From: Sphingomicrobium sp.
GTDB taxonomy: Bacteria > Pseudomonadota > Alphaproteobacteria > Sphingomonadales > Sphingomonadaceae
Direction of reading: 5' to 3'
Assembly (NCBI GenBank): GCA_035540475.1
Contig: DATLGK010000001.1
Location: 3,989-67,988 of the forward strand
DNA: 64,000 nucleotides
Shown here: positions 20,976-30,889 of the stretch, in pieces
How positions within the stretch are numbered: position 1 is the stretch's first letter
How the letters are laid out: every line of letters starts with the position of its first letter
The notes under the pieces: model-generated
Seen by the model: only the letters and a program-made list of their open reading frames with translations
The model's database searches: none
What the model was told of the DNA's origin: nothing
Translations under genes and position numbers: made by a program

Positions 20976-22424
20976 ATGAAGATCTTCAAGACCAACCGCC
21001 GGACCGCGCTCGGCACTGCCGCAGCAGCGATCGCGCTCGCACTCGGCACAGTCGGAACGGCTGTGACAGCCGCCGCCCAGTCAATGACCGCCAAACCGGC
21101 GGAGACGCTCAACCTCAGCCGCGGCACCGGAACGCTGGTGCGCTTGTCGGAGCCGATGACTGACGTGTTCGTCGCCAACGACGCGATCGCCGACGTGCAG
21201 GTGCGTTCGCCGACGCAGCTCTACATCTTCGGCAAGGGCGCGGGGGAGACCACTGTTTACGCCACCGCCAAGTCGGGACGCATCGCTTATGCCGCGAACG
21301 TCCGCGTCGGCAACAACATCAGCTCGGTCGGCGAAATGCTGCAGCTGGCCATGCCGGAAGCCCGCATCCAGGCGACGCCGATGAACAATCTGGTGCTGCT
21401 GACCGGCACGGTCGCAAGCCCCGAGGACGTGGCGGAGGCGCAGCGCTTGACCCAGGCTTATGTCGGGGAAGGCACGCAGGTCGTAACCCGACTCCGCTCG
21501 GCAACGCCGCTGCAGGTCACGCTCAAGGTCCGCATCGCCGAGATCAACCGTACCTTGCTGAAGCAAATGGGCGTCAACCTGCTGACCCAGGACCCGACCT
21601 CCGGCTTCCAGTTCGGGATCGCGCAGGGCCAGGGCATTCACATCGCCGACCCGACGGTTCCCGGCGACGTCACCAAGGTCCTTCGCAATGCGGTCGGATC
21701 GACGCTGATCGGCAGCGGCAAGCTGCTCGGTCTCAATGTCCTCGGTTCGCTCGACATCGCCGCCCAGGATGGCCTGGTGTCGATCCTGGCCGAACCGAAC
21801 CTGACCGCGCTTTCGGGCGAAACGGCGAGCTTCCTCGCCGGCGGCGAGTTCCCGATCCCGGTTTCGCAATCGCTCGGCTCCATCGCCATCGAGTATAAGC
21901 AATATGGCGTTGGCCTCGCCTTCACTCCGATCGTGCTCGGCGACGGCCGCATCTCGATGCGCGTCCGGCCCGAGGTCAGCGAGCTTTCCAACGAAGGCGC
22001 CGTGCGGCTCAACAACTTCCTCGTCCCCGCGCTAACGACGCGACGGGCCGAGACCACCGTAGAGCTCGGTTCTGGCCAATCGTTCATGATCGCGGGGTTG
22101 CTGCGCAACACTGCCACCAACAATGTCGACAAGGCGCCGTTCCTCGGTGACCTGCCGATCCTCGGCGCGTTGTTCCGCTCGACCAGCTTCCGGCGCAACG
22201 AGACCGAGCTAGTGGTGATCGTCACCCCCTACCTCGTCCGTCCGGTGTCGGGCCAGCTGGCAACGCCGGTCGACGGCTACCGCGTGCCCAACGACATCGA
22301 GCGCGACGTTCTTGGCCAGACCTTCACCGGAGTCAGCGGAAAGCCAGCTCCGACCGCGGTCCAGGCCGTGCCCGCGCCGGCCGCCGGTGCCGTCGCGGTC
22401 CCCGCCCCCGGGTTCAAGCTGTGA
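20976..22424 (+). CDS. cpaC: Pilus secretin CpaC/RcpA
   Basis: AEPNLTALSGETASFLAGGEFPIP, PFLGDLPILGALFRS, ELVVIVTP. Confidence 0.93.
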   Translation: MKIFKTNRRTALGTAAAAIALALGTVGTAVTAAAQSMTAKPAETLNLSRGTGTLVRLSEPMTDVFVANDAIADVQVRSPTQLYIFGKGAGETTVYATAKSGRIAYAANVRVGNNISSVGEMLQLAMPEARIQATPMNNLVLLTGTVASPEDVAEAQRLTQAYVGEGTQVVTRLRSATPLQVTLKVRIAEINRTLLKQMGVNLLTQDPTSGFQFGIAQGQGIHIADPTVPGDVTKVLRNAVGSTLIGSGKLLGLNVLGSLDIAAQDGLVSILAEPNLTALSGETASFLAGGEFPIPVSQSLGSIAIEYKQYGVGLAFTPIVLGDGRISMRVRPEVSELSNEGAVRLNNFLVPALTTRRAETTVELGSGQSFMIAGLLRNTATNNVDKAPFLGDLPILGALFRSTSFRRNETELVVIVTPYLVRPVSGQLATPVDGYRVPNDIERDVLGQTFTGVSGKPAPTAVQAVPAPAAGAVAVPAPGFKL

Positions 22425-22453
22425 TGCGCGGCCTCTTGAGGAAGGATGCAAGC

Positions 22454-23083
22454 ATGCGTTCGAAAGTGCTTTTGACGGGTCTCGCTTGTTCGGCCCTGGC
22501 CGCGTGCGCCACGCCCGACGTTCCGAACAAGGGGCTTGCCTCGGTCAACGTGCCGGTGGTGACGAGCGTCGACTACGTCTTCGACGCGGCCGCCCCCGGA
22601 GGCGTGCTGGCGCCGGGAGAAGCGGAGCGGCTCAACGGATGGTTCCAGGGCCTAGGGCTCGGCTACGGCGACTCCGTCTATGTCGACGGCGCATATGCCG
22701 AAGCCGCGCGTCAGCAGGTCGCGGCCATTGCCGGCCAGTACGGCATGATGGTTTCGGCCGGCGCTCCCGTCACCGCGGGAATGGTCGGTCAGGACGCGGT
22801 CCGGGTCGTCGTCGCGCGCCGCCGAGCAGTCGTTCCCAACTGCCCGAACTGGAGCATTCCCTCCCAGCCCAATTGGGACAACAGCTCCATGTCGAACTTC
22901 GGCTGCGCGGTGAACACTAACCTCGCGGCGATGGTCGCCAACCCTCAGGACCTGGTCCATGGCCGCGAGAGCGCCGGCGTCTCGGACACTATGACGGCCG
23001 CCAGGGCAGTCGAAATGTACCGGACCGCTCCCCCGACGGGTCAGAAGGGCCTGCAGGACATCAGCACGAAGAAGGACAAGTGA
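22454..23083 (+). CDS. cpaD: CpaD-family pilus lipoprotein
   Basis: Lipobox LAAC, CPNWS, NFGCAVNTNLAAMVANPQDL. Confidence 0.9.
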   Translation: MRSKVLLTGLACSALAACATPDVPNKGLASVNVPVVTSVDYVFDAAAPGGVLAPGEAERLNGWFQGLGLGYGDSVYVDGAYAEAARQQVAAIAGQYGMMVSAGAPVTAGMVGQDAVRVVVARRRAVVPNCPNWSIPSQPNWDNSSMSNFGCAVNTNLAAMVANPQDLVHGRESAGVSDTMTAARAVEMYRTAPPTGQKGLQDISTKKDK

Positions 23084-24351
23084 TGAACGCTCCCTTCCAA
23101 GCACGCGCCGGACTGCGCGACCCGTTCACCGCCTTCGTCTGCGACGATTCGACCGCCGACATGCTGCGGCCGGTCGCGGTCGAGCACGGCTGGTCTCCGG
23201 AGAAGGTCAACAAGGGCGGGCTGCGCAATGCCGTCCAATCGCTCTCGGTTTCGGCGAGCCCGAACATCCTGTTCGTCGACCTGTCGGAATCCGCTGACCC
23301 GCTCAATGACATCAACGCCCTGGCCGAGGTCTGCGAGCCCGGCACGATCGTCATCGCGGCCGGCACCGTCAACGACGTGCGGCTGTACCGCGATCTCGTC
23401 GCCAGCGGGATCCACGATTATCTGCTGAAGCCCTTCACGGTCGATCAGCTCCGCGACACCTTCGCTCATGCGCAGATGATCCTTTCGGGCCCGCGCGGCG
23501 AAGCCCAGGTGGATCGTCCGCACGTCATGTCGGCAGTGATTGGCGTCCGCGGCGGCGTCGGAGCCTCGACCATCGCCACCTCGCTGGCGTGGCTCCTTGG
23601 CGAGAAAGCGCGCCGTTCGACCGCCCTTCTCGACCTCGACGTCCATTTCGGCACCGGCGCGCTGGCGCTCGATCTCGAGCCTGGCCGCGGTCTTACCGAC
23701 GCGATCGAAAATCCAAGCCGTATCGACGGCTTGTTCATCGAGCGAGCGATGGTCCGCGCCAACGAGCGGCTGTCGGTGTTGTCGGCCGAAGCTCCGATCC
23801 ACCAGCCGCTGGTGACCGACGGGAGCGCATTCTTCCAGCTTCAGGAAGAGATGCGCAACGCGTTCGAATCGACGGTGCTCGATCTGCCGCGGCACATGCT
23901 GATCCAATATCCGCATCTGGTCCATGACGCGCATGTCGCAGTGGTCGTCGCGGAGCTCACCCTGGCGGCAACCCGCGATACGATCCGGGTGCTTGCCTGG
24001 CTGAAGTCGAACGCCCCGCAGACCAAGCCGATCGTCATTGCCAATGGCGTCCCGTCGGGAGGCGCGCTGGAGATCAGCCGCAAGGATTTCGAACAGTCGA
24101 TCGAACGTCCGGTCGATATCGTCTTTCCGTATGACGCCAAGCTCGCGGCTCAGGCGGCGAAGCTCGGCAAGCCAATGGCGGAGGTCGCCAGCGGCAAGAT
24201 GGCGGGACCCTTCAACCAGCTCTCGAATCTGGTTCTGAGCCACGCCAGCGACGAAGGCGCCGCCGAAGCAAAGGCCGGTTCCGCCAACAAGTCGCTGGTA
24301 TCAAGCTTGAAGTCGATGCTGGCGAAAAAGGAGTCGGCGAAAGCCGCGTGA
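23083..24351 (+). CDS. cpaE: Pilus assembly protein CpaE/TadZ
   Basis: Atypical receiver domain plus ParA-like GVRGGVGAST and LDLDVHFG. Confidence 0.92.
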   Translation: MNAPFQARAGLRDPFTAFVCDDSTADMLRPVAVEHGWSPEKVNKGGLRNAVQSLSVSASPNILFVDLSESADPLNDINALAEVCEPGTIVIAAGTVNDVRLYRDLVASGIHDYLLKPFTVDQLRDTFAHAQMILSGPRGEAQVDRPHVMSAVIGVRGGVGASTIATSLAWLLGEKARRSTALLDLDVHFGTGALALDLEPGRGLTDAIENPSRIDGLFIERAMVRANERLSVLSAEAPIHQPLVTDGSAFFQLQEEMRNAFESTVLDLPRHMLIQYPHLVHDAHVAVVVAELTLAATRDTIRVLAWLKSNAPQTKPIVIANGVPSGGALEISRKDFEQSIERPVDIVFPYDAKLAAQAAKLGKPMAEVASGKMAGPFNQLSNLVLSHASDEGAAEAKAGSANKSLVSSLKSMLAKKESAKAA

Positions 24352-24402
24352 CCGTAAGCCGCCCGCGAGGGCGGGAATGAGTGGATGAGAGGCGAAGGCT
24401 GA

Positions 24403-25368
24403 ATGCTCCTGTGGCTACTCCTGTTCGGCGGTTTCGGCGCGCTGGCGCTCGCTTATGCGGCGATGCGCGGGCCGTCGGCCGGAAAGGCGGTCAAGCGCCG
24501 CATCGAATTGATCAAGGAGCGGCACGGCGATGTCATCGCTGGCAACGCCCAGGCGCAGATCCGCAAGCTGTTCGCGCAGCGCGCCGACCGCCTGGAAGGA
24601 TATGCCGCGTCGCTGATCCCGAAGCCGGCGCTGCTGCGCAAGCGGCTGGAGATGACCGGCAAGGACATCACGCTTGGCAAATATCTGACCATCTGCGGCG
24701 GGACGGCCCTGTTCATCGCAATGCTGTTGATGTTCCGGGGCGCACCGTTGTTGCTCTCCCTGCTGCTGGGCGTGTTTTTCGGCATCGGCGGCCCGCATTT
24801 CGTCATCGGCAAGCTGATCAAGCGCCGCATCGCCAAGTTCAATACGAGCTTCCCGGACGCCATCGAGCTGATGGTCCGCGGGCTGCGCTCGGGACTTCCG
24901 ATCACCGAAACGCTGGGCATCGTCGCGAGCGAAATCCCGGGGCCCGTCGGCGTCGAGTTCCGGATGGTCGCCGACAAGATGAAGATCGGCCGCACCATGG
25001 AAGCCGCGCTTCAGGAGACCGCCGACCGGCTGGGTACCGCCGAGTTCCAGTTCTTCGTCATCACGCTAGCAATCCAGCGCGAAACCGGCGGCAATCTCGC
25101 CGAGACGCTGTCGAACCTTGCCGACGTGCTGAGGAAGCGCGCGCAGATGAAGCTCAAGATCCGCGCGATGAGCTCGGAATCCAAGGCCTCGGCCTACATC
25201 GTCGGCTGCCTGCCGTTCGTGGTGTTCACGCTCGTGTGGATGATCAACCCGACCTACATGGGCGGCTTTTTCGAGGACCAGCGGCTGATCGTCGCGGGTT
25301 TGGGCGGCCTGGTATGGATGGGCATCGGCGCATTCATCATGGCCAAGATGGTCAACTTCGAGATCTGA
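24403..25368 (+). CDS. tadB: Type II secretion F-family platform protein TadB
   Basis: FPDAIELMVRGLRSG, IQRETGGNLAE. Confidence 0.92.
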   Translation: MLLWLLLFGGFGALALAYAAMRGPSAGKAVKRRIELIKERHGDVIAGNAQAQIRKLFAQRADRLEGYAASLIPKPALLRKRLEMTGKDITLGKYLTICGGTALFIAMLLMFRGAPLLLSLLLGVFFGIGGPHFVIGKLIKRRIAKFNTSFPDAIELMVRGLRSGLPITETLGIVASEIPGPVGVEFRMVADKMKIGRTMEAALQETADRLGTAEFQFFVITLAIQRETGGNLAETLSNLADVLRKRAQMKLKIRAMSSESKASAYIVGCLPFVVFTLVWMINPTYMGGFFEDQRLIVAGLGGLVWMGIGAFIMAKMVNFEI

Positions 25369-25382
25369 CGGGGTAGAGGATC

Positions 25383-26378
25383 ATGCAGCAGGCCACTGGC
25401 CCCCACATCCTCGGCTTCGATGTCATCTGGATCGCGACGATGCTCAGCGCCGTCGCGACCTTCTCGGTGATCATGGCGATCTACGCGGCGACTACGGTCA
25501 AGGATCCGATGGCACGCCGCGTCAAGGCGCTCAACGAGCGGCGCGAGCAGCTCAAGGCCGGCATCGTCGCCTCGACCAACAAGCGCAAGAAGCTCACCAA
25601 CCGCAACCAGGCCGCGGACCGCGTTCGCTCGATCCTGTCGCAGTTCAAGATGCTTCAGGACGATCAGGTCAAGAAGACGCAGATCCGGCTGATGCAGGCC
25701 GGCATCCGCACCAAGGACCTGGCCTTTTTCATCATTTTTGCCCGCTTCGTGCTGCCGGTCGTCCTTGGCGTCATCGCCGTGGTGATGATCTACGCGCTCG
25801 ACTACTGGCCCGAATGGGGCTGGTTCCGCCGCTATGCGACCGTGGCCGGCGTGCTGATCGGAAGCTACAAGGCGCCCGACATCTGGCTGAAGAACAAGGT
25901 CACCAAGCGCAGCGCCGCGATCCGCAAGGGCCTGCCCGACGCGCTCGACCTGCTCGTCATCTGCGCCGAAGCGGGCCTCACCGTCGACGCCGCGTTCGGC
26001 CGCGTTTCCAAGGAACTCGGCAAAGCCTATCCCGAGCTCGGCGACGAATTCGGCCTCACCGCGATCGAGCTCGGCTTCCTCAACGAGCGCCGCCAAGCCT
26101 TCGAGAACCTCGCCGAACGCGTCGACCTCGAAGCGATCCGCGGCGTGGTCACGACCATGATCCAGACCGAGAAGTACGGCACGCCCCTCGCCTCGGCCCT
26201 GCGCGTGCTGTCGGCCGAGTTCCGCCATCAACGCATGATGCGGGCCGAAGAAAAAGCCGCGCGCCTGCCGGCGATCATGACCGTGCCGCTGATCCTGTTC
26301 ATCCTGCCGGTGCTGTTCATCGTCATCCTTGGCCCGGCGAGCTGCGCGATCAGCGACAATCTGATCAACAACCAATAA
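25383..26378 (+). CDS. tadC: Type II secretion F-family platform protein TadC
   Basis: LPDALDLLVICAEAGL, AEEKAARLPAIMTVPLILFILP. Confidence 0.92.
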   Translation: MQQATGPHILGFDVIWIATMLSAVATFSVIMAIYAATTVKDPMARRVKALNERREQLKAGIVASTNKRKKLTNRNQAADRVRSILSQFKMLQDDQVKKTQIRLMQAGIRTKDLAFFIIFARFVLPVVLGVIAVVMIYALDYWPEWGWFRRYATVAGVLIGSYKAPDIWLKNKVTKRSAAIRKGLPDALDLLVICAEAGLTVDAAFGRVSKELGKAYPELGDEFGLTAIELGFLNERRQAFENLAERVDLEAIRGVVTTMIQTEKYGTPLASALRVLSAEFRHQRMMRAEEKAARLPAIMTVPLILFILPVLFIVILGPASCAISDNLINNQ

Positions 26379-26410
26379 GGGCGCTCCCCTCCCCGGCAAT
26401 CGCTGCTCTT

Positions 26411-26436
26411 GGAACGAGGCGGTGCGCTGAAGCGTA
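26411..26436 (+). promoter_or_regulatory. Putative EcfG/SigT general-stress promoter
   Basis: GGAAC-N17-CGTA, 34 nt upstream of the small membrane gene. Confidence 0.45.
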
Positions 26437-26470
26437 ATCGCTTGGGTTCACGCTGCCGAAGAGGGGAAGG

Positions 26471-26743
26471 ATGAACATCACCAGCGATCCCAATCTGTGG
26501 GCAATCTGCGCCCTCGTCTTCCTGCTCGGGTTGCTGATCGGCGTCTTCCTGACGGCCGGCGGGCGCAAGAAATGGAAGACGCGCTACCACGACGAAGTCG
26601 AGCGCCGCCGCGAGCTCGAGAAGGCGCACGAGGAACGGCTCCGCGAGCATGAAACGCGCGAGAAGGAATGGCGCGAGCGGGATTCGCTCCGCGCCGCCGC
26701 GATCAAGGGCGGCCGCGACCCGGACAGCGATCGGCCGCTCTAG
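26471..26743 (+). CDS. Small single-TM protein with a charged coiled-coil
   Basis: Strong RBS (GAGGGGAAGG); hydrophobic helix followed by GGRKKWK and an E/R-rich helix. Confidence 0.75.
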   Translation: MNITSDPNLWAICALVFLLGLLIGVFLTAGGRKKWKTRYHDEVERRRELEKAHEERLREHETREKEWRERDSLRAAAIKGGRDPDSDRPL

Positions 26744-28827
26744 CCCTCGATTTTCGAGAAATCCGCGACCTGGTTCACTGCGTCGCGAAAGCGGGCAAGC
26801 AGGTTGAGGCGGCGCTCGCGCTTGGCTGCGTCGGGATCGTTGACCGTCACATGGTCGAAGAAATCATCGATTGGCTTCCGAAGCGAGGCAAGCGCGGCCA
26901 TCGCCGCAGTGAAATCTTCTTTGGCGATGGCGGTCGCGGCCTTGGGTTCGGCCTTGTCGAGCGCGCCGATCAGCGCTTGCTCCTCGGGCAAGTCGGCGCC
27001 GGCCTCGCCTGACGCCATCTCCGCAACCGCTTCTTTCAGGATCGGCTCCTCGACCAGGACCAGCGGATCCTCCTCGCCCGTCTGGGGAATTCCCTGCTCT
27101 TCCGGCGAGCTCATCACCTGCGGCCCGGTCCAATTCTCCTTCCTGAGGATGTTCGCCGCGCGCTTGTAGGCAGTGAGCAGGTCGGCGCCGTCTTTGGTTT
27201 CGAGGAAACCTTGAAGGGCATTTACGCGGGCAAGGAGCCGGACCAGGTCATCCTCGCCACTCAGCGCGAAGACAGCGTCGATCAGGTCATGCCGCACCCC
27301 GGCCTCTCGCTGCTGTACCTTCAGCCGGTCGGCGAAGAAGTCGAGCAGCTCCCCCTCAGCAACCGACAGACGCAGCTCGTTCATTACGATGATCTGGATT
27401 GCTCCCAATGCCGCACGTCGAAGCGCGAAGGGATCGCGCGAGCCCGTCGGCTTTTCGTCAATCGTGAAAAACGAGCGAAGCGTATCCAGCTTGTCCGCCA
27501 GCGCGACGGCGACTGTCGCCGGCGCCGTCGGCACTTCATCCCCCTGCCCCGCGGGTTTGTAATGATCGCGGATGGCGTCGGCGATGGCCTTGGGCTCGCC
27601 CTGCGCCTCGGCGAGGTAGCCGCCGATCACGCCTTGCAACTCCGGAAACTCCCCGACCATTCCGGTGACGAGGTCGGCCTTGGCGAGGCGCGCGGCGCGC
27701 TCGACCTGGGCGAGATCGGCTTTGACGATCCCCTCTTCCGCGAGCCAGCGCGCGAGCTTCGCCACCCGCTCGACCTTATCAGCGACGGTCCCGAGCTTCT
27801 CGTGGAAGACGATGCCGCCGAGCTTCTTCGCCTGCTCTTCGAGCGGGACCTTGAGGTCCTGCTCCCAGAAGAACCGAGCGTCGGCAAGGCGCGCGGCCAG
27901 CACCCGCGCATTGCCTCGCGCAATCGCCTCGCCGCCGTCGGCGGCGGCGACATTGGCGACGCACACGAATGCCGGCGCGAGCAGCCCTGCTTTGCCGGTG
28001 CACGCGAAATATTTCTGGTTGGTGCGCATGGTGAGGACGATCACCTCGCGCGGCACGTCGAGAAATTCCGCGTCGAAGCGCCCGACCAGCGGCATCGGCC
28101 ATTCGGTTAGGCCGGCATTTTCGACCACCAGCCCTTCGTCCTCGAGCAGGGTCAGCCCGGCCTCGGCGGCGGCCGCGGCTGCGCCGTCACGGATGATCCG
28201 CTCGCGCTCGTCCTGGTCGACGATCACATGGCAGGCGCGCAATTTCTCGTGATAGTCGCTCGCGCCGCCGATGGTGATCGGCCCAGGATGGTGGAAGCGG
28301 TGGCCGACCGTGGTCGCGCCGCTTTTGATTCCATCCACCTCGACCTCGACGATCTCCTCGCCGAGCATCGCGACGATGCCGTGCAGCGGCCGCACCCAGC
28401 GCAGCGATCCCTCGCCCCAGCGCATTGACTTGGGCCAGGGGAAGTCGGCGATGATCCGGCGGACGGCGTCGGCCAGGATTTCGCTGGCCGCGCGACCCGC
28501 GCGCTCGATCACCGCGAAATAGACGCCGTCGCGCTCTTCGAGCTGCTCGCGCGTGAGGCCGGTCTTGCGCAGGAATCCCTCGAGTGCCTGCGGCGGCGCC
28601 GAGGTCCGCGGTCCCTTCAGCTCCTCGCGGCTCGCAGCGGTCGCTTCGGCAACGTCGCGGGCGATGAGAACCAGCCTCCGCGGCGTCGAATGAACGTCGA
28701 TCGCGCCCGTCTCCAGCCCCGCTTCCTCGGCATATTGCGCGAACAGCCGCGCGAGATCGTTGCGGGCCTTCGACTGCATGCGGGCGGGGATTTCTTCAGA
28801 CAGGAGTTCGAGGAGAAAATCGGCCAT
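26740..28827 (-). CDS. glyS: Glycine-tRNA ligase beta subunit
   Basis: FLLELLSEEIPARMQ, PKSMRWG, EFPELQG, GSRDPFALRR. Confidence 0.97.
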   Translation of the reverse strand: MADFLLELLSEEIPARMQSKARNDLARLFAQYAEEAGLETGAIDVHSTPRRLVLIARDVAEATAASREELKGPRTSAPPQALEGFLRKTGLTREQLEERDGVYFAVIERAGRAASEILADAVRRIIADFPWPKSMRWGEGSLRWVRPLHGIVAMLGEEIVEVEVDGIKSGATTVGHRFHHPGPITIGGASDYHEKLRACHVIVDQDERERIIRDGAAAAAAEAGLTLLEDEGLVVENAGLTEWPMPLVGRFDAEFLDVPREVIVLTMRTNQKYFACTGKAGLLAPAFVCVANVAAADGGEAIARGNARVLAARLADARFFWEQDLKVPLEEQAKKLGGIVFHEKLGTVADKVERVAKLARWLAEEGIVKADLAQVERAARLAKADLVTGMVGEFPELQGVIGGYLAEAQGEPKAIADAIRDHYKPAGQGDEVPTAPATVAVALADKLDTLRSFFTIDEKPTGSRDPFALRRAALGAIQIIVMNELRLSVAEGELLDFFADRLKVQQREAGVRHDLIDAVFALSGEDDLVRLLARVNALQGFLETKDGADLLTAYKRAANILRKENWTGPQVMSSPEEQGIPQTGEEDPLVLVEEPILKEAVAEMASGEAGADLPEEQALIGALDKAEPKAATAIAKEDFTAAMAALASLRKPIDDFFDHVTVNDPDAAKRERRLNLLARFRDAVNQVADFSKIEG

Positions 28828-29678
28828 CAGGCAGCCCGCTCGAGCCATGCGCCGCAGGCCGCTTTCGCAAGGTCGCGAACGCGGCCGATATAGGCCTGGC
28901 GCTCCGCGACGCTGATCACGCCCCGCGCCTGCAGCGTGTTGAAGACATGGCTCGCCTTGATCGCCTGCTCATAGGCGGGGATCGGCAGCTTCGCCTCGAG
29001 GCAGCGCTCGCACTCGGCGGCGGCCTTTCGGAACAGGTCGAACAGGGCGTCGGTGTCCGCGACCTCGAAATTATAGGCCGACATCTCGCGCTCATTTTCC
29101 AGGAACACGTCGCCGTAGGTTACGCCCTCACTGTTGAAGCGAAGGTCGAACACATTGTCGACGCCCTGGATGTACATCGCCAGCCTCTCCAGGCCGTAGG
29201 TCAGCTCGCCTGTCACCGGCCGGCACTCGAACCCGCCGACCTGCTGGAAGTAGGTGAACTGGGTGACCTCCATGCCGTCGCACCACACTTCCCAGCCGAG
29301 GCCCCAGGCGCCGAGCGTCGGGCTTTCCCAGTCGTCCTCGACGAAGCGGATGTCATGCTTCAGGGGGTCGATGCCAATCTCGGCGAGGCTGCCGAGGTAG
29401 AGCTGCTGCAAGTCTTGCGGGCTCGGCTTCAGCACGACCTGGTACTGATAATAATGGCCGAGCCGGTTGGGGTTCTCGCCATAGCGGCCGTCGGTCGGGC
29501 GCCGGCAGGGCTGGACATAGGCGGCCTTCCACGGCGCGCACCCGAGCGCGCGGAGCACGGTTGCAGGGTGGAAAGTCCCCGCACCCATCTCCATGTCGTA
29601 GGGCTGGAGGATGACGCAGCCGCGCTCGCCCCAGTAGCGGTGGAGCGTCAAGATCAGATCCTGGAAGCTCAGGCTCAA
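28827..29678 (-). CDS. glyQ: Glycine-tRNA ligase alpha subunit
   Basis: [44 protein letters not shown]. Confidence 0.98.
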   Translation of the reverse strand: MSLSFQDLILTLHRYWGERGCVILQPYDMEMGAGTFHPATVLRALGCAPWKAAYVQPCRRPTDGRYGENPNRLGHYYQYQVVLKPSPQDLQQLYLGSLAEIGIDPLKHDIRFVEDDWESPTLGAWGLGWEVWCDGMEVTQFTYFQQVGGFECRPVTGELTYGLERLAMYIQGVDNVFDLRFNSEGVTYGDVFLENEREMSAYNFEVADTDALFDLFRKAAAECERCLEAKLPIPAYEQAIKASHVFNTLQARGVISVAERQAYIGRVRDLAKAACGAWLERAA

Positions 29679-29774
29679 GCGGATGGCCCCATTGTTCCGT
29701 TACTCGGGCGGGGCTTTGGCCGCGCCTTCAGCGAAGCGCAAGCTTGAGCGCGCCATTGCGGCGCAAAGTCGGAG

Positions 29775-30665
29775 ATGTCGATGAATCTGCTGAAGCGTTT
29801 GCTGGCGCCCCTCGTAGCCTTGCTGGCGGTGAGCACGCTGGCCGAGGCGCGCGAGACGCCAAAGCCGGCCCTGTGGGAGGTCTCCGACCATGACACGACA
29901 ATCTATGTTTTCGGGACGATCCACCTGCTTCCCAAGAACTACCGGTGGCGCACTCCAAAATTCGACGCAGCCGTCGAGCGGTCGCAGGAATTGGTTATCG
30001 AGACGATCGTCGATGAAAAGAACCCCGCCGCCATCATGTCGGCGATGGCCAGCCTCGCCTTTTCGCCTGGACTGCCTCCGCTCGCCGATCGCGTAGCGCC
30101 GGAAAAACGCGCGGCGCTTGCCGCGGCGGTCCAGGCGAGCGGCTTGCCCCCCGCTGCACTTGACCGCATGGAGACCTGGGCGGCGGCCTTCATCCTGCTC
30201 GGCAACCAGTTCAAGCAGCTCGGCCTTGAAGGCGCGGAGGGCGTCGAAATCTCCCTCCGGCGGGCCTTTGCCGCCAAAGGAAAGCCGGTCGCTGAACTCG
30301 AGAGCAATCTCGAGCAGCTGAGCTACTTCGACCGCCTGCCCGAGAAAGCGCAGCGCGACCTGCTCGAGGGCGCGATCGAAAAGCCCCGGGAAATGAGCAA
30401 GCAGTTTAAGAGCATGCTCTCCGCCTGGGCGCGCGGCGACGTCGCCGGAATCGCCCGCACGTTCGACCGCGACCTCGCCTCCTCGCCCGACCTGCAGCAA
30501 TCACTGATTCGCCAGCGCAATGCGAACTGGAGCCGCTGGATCGAGGAGCGCATGCAGAAGCCGGGCTCGGTCCTGCTGGCCGTCGGCGCCGGTCACTTGG
30601 CCGGCCAATATTCGGTCCTTTCGATGCTTGAACAGCGGGGCTACCGCGTACGCCGCCTGCAATAG
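29775..30665 (+). CDS. TraB/GumN-family secreted protein
   Basis: Signal peptide, PALW, FGTIHLL, QRNANW, AVGAGHL. Confidence 0.9.
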   Translation: MSMNLLKRLLAPLVALLAVSTLAEARETPKPALWEVSDHDTTIYVFGTIHLLPKNYRWRTPKFDAAVERSQELVIETIVDEKNPAAIMSAMASLAFSPGLPPLADRVAPEKRAALAAAVQASGLPPAALDRMETWAAAFILLGNQFKQLGLEGAEGVEISLRRAFAAKGKPVAELESNLEQLSYFDRLPEKAQRDLLEGAIEKPREMSKQFKSMLSAWARGDVAGIARTFDRDLASSPDLQQSLIRQRNANWSRWIEERMQKPGSVLLAVGAGHLAGQYSVLSMLEQRGYRVRRLQ

Positions 30666-30889
30666 CCGCGGAGCAGCCGACGATCGGCTCCATCCGTCGA
30701 TAAAAGTTCACATTTCGCGGATTTTACTAGACATTTGTTAACGCCTCGGTGACCATGTTTATCGGGTATCGGGCTGGGGGGTCTGATGCGCGAAGCCAAC
30801 GTTGGCGAGCTCGCCTCGCAACGGGAAGTTGCGCCCGCCAGGCTTCCGAAACTGCCGCCCAGCACCTCTTCGCCTTGGGAGGGTGACGG

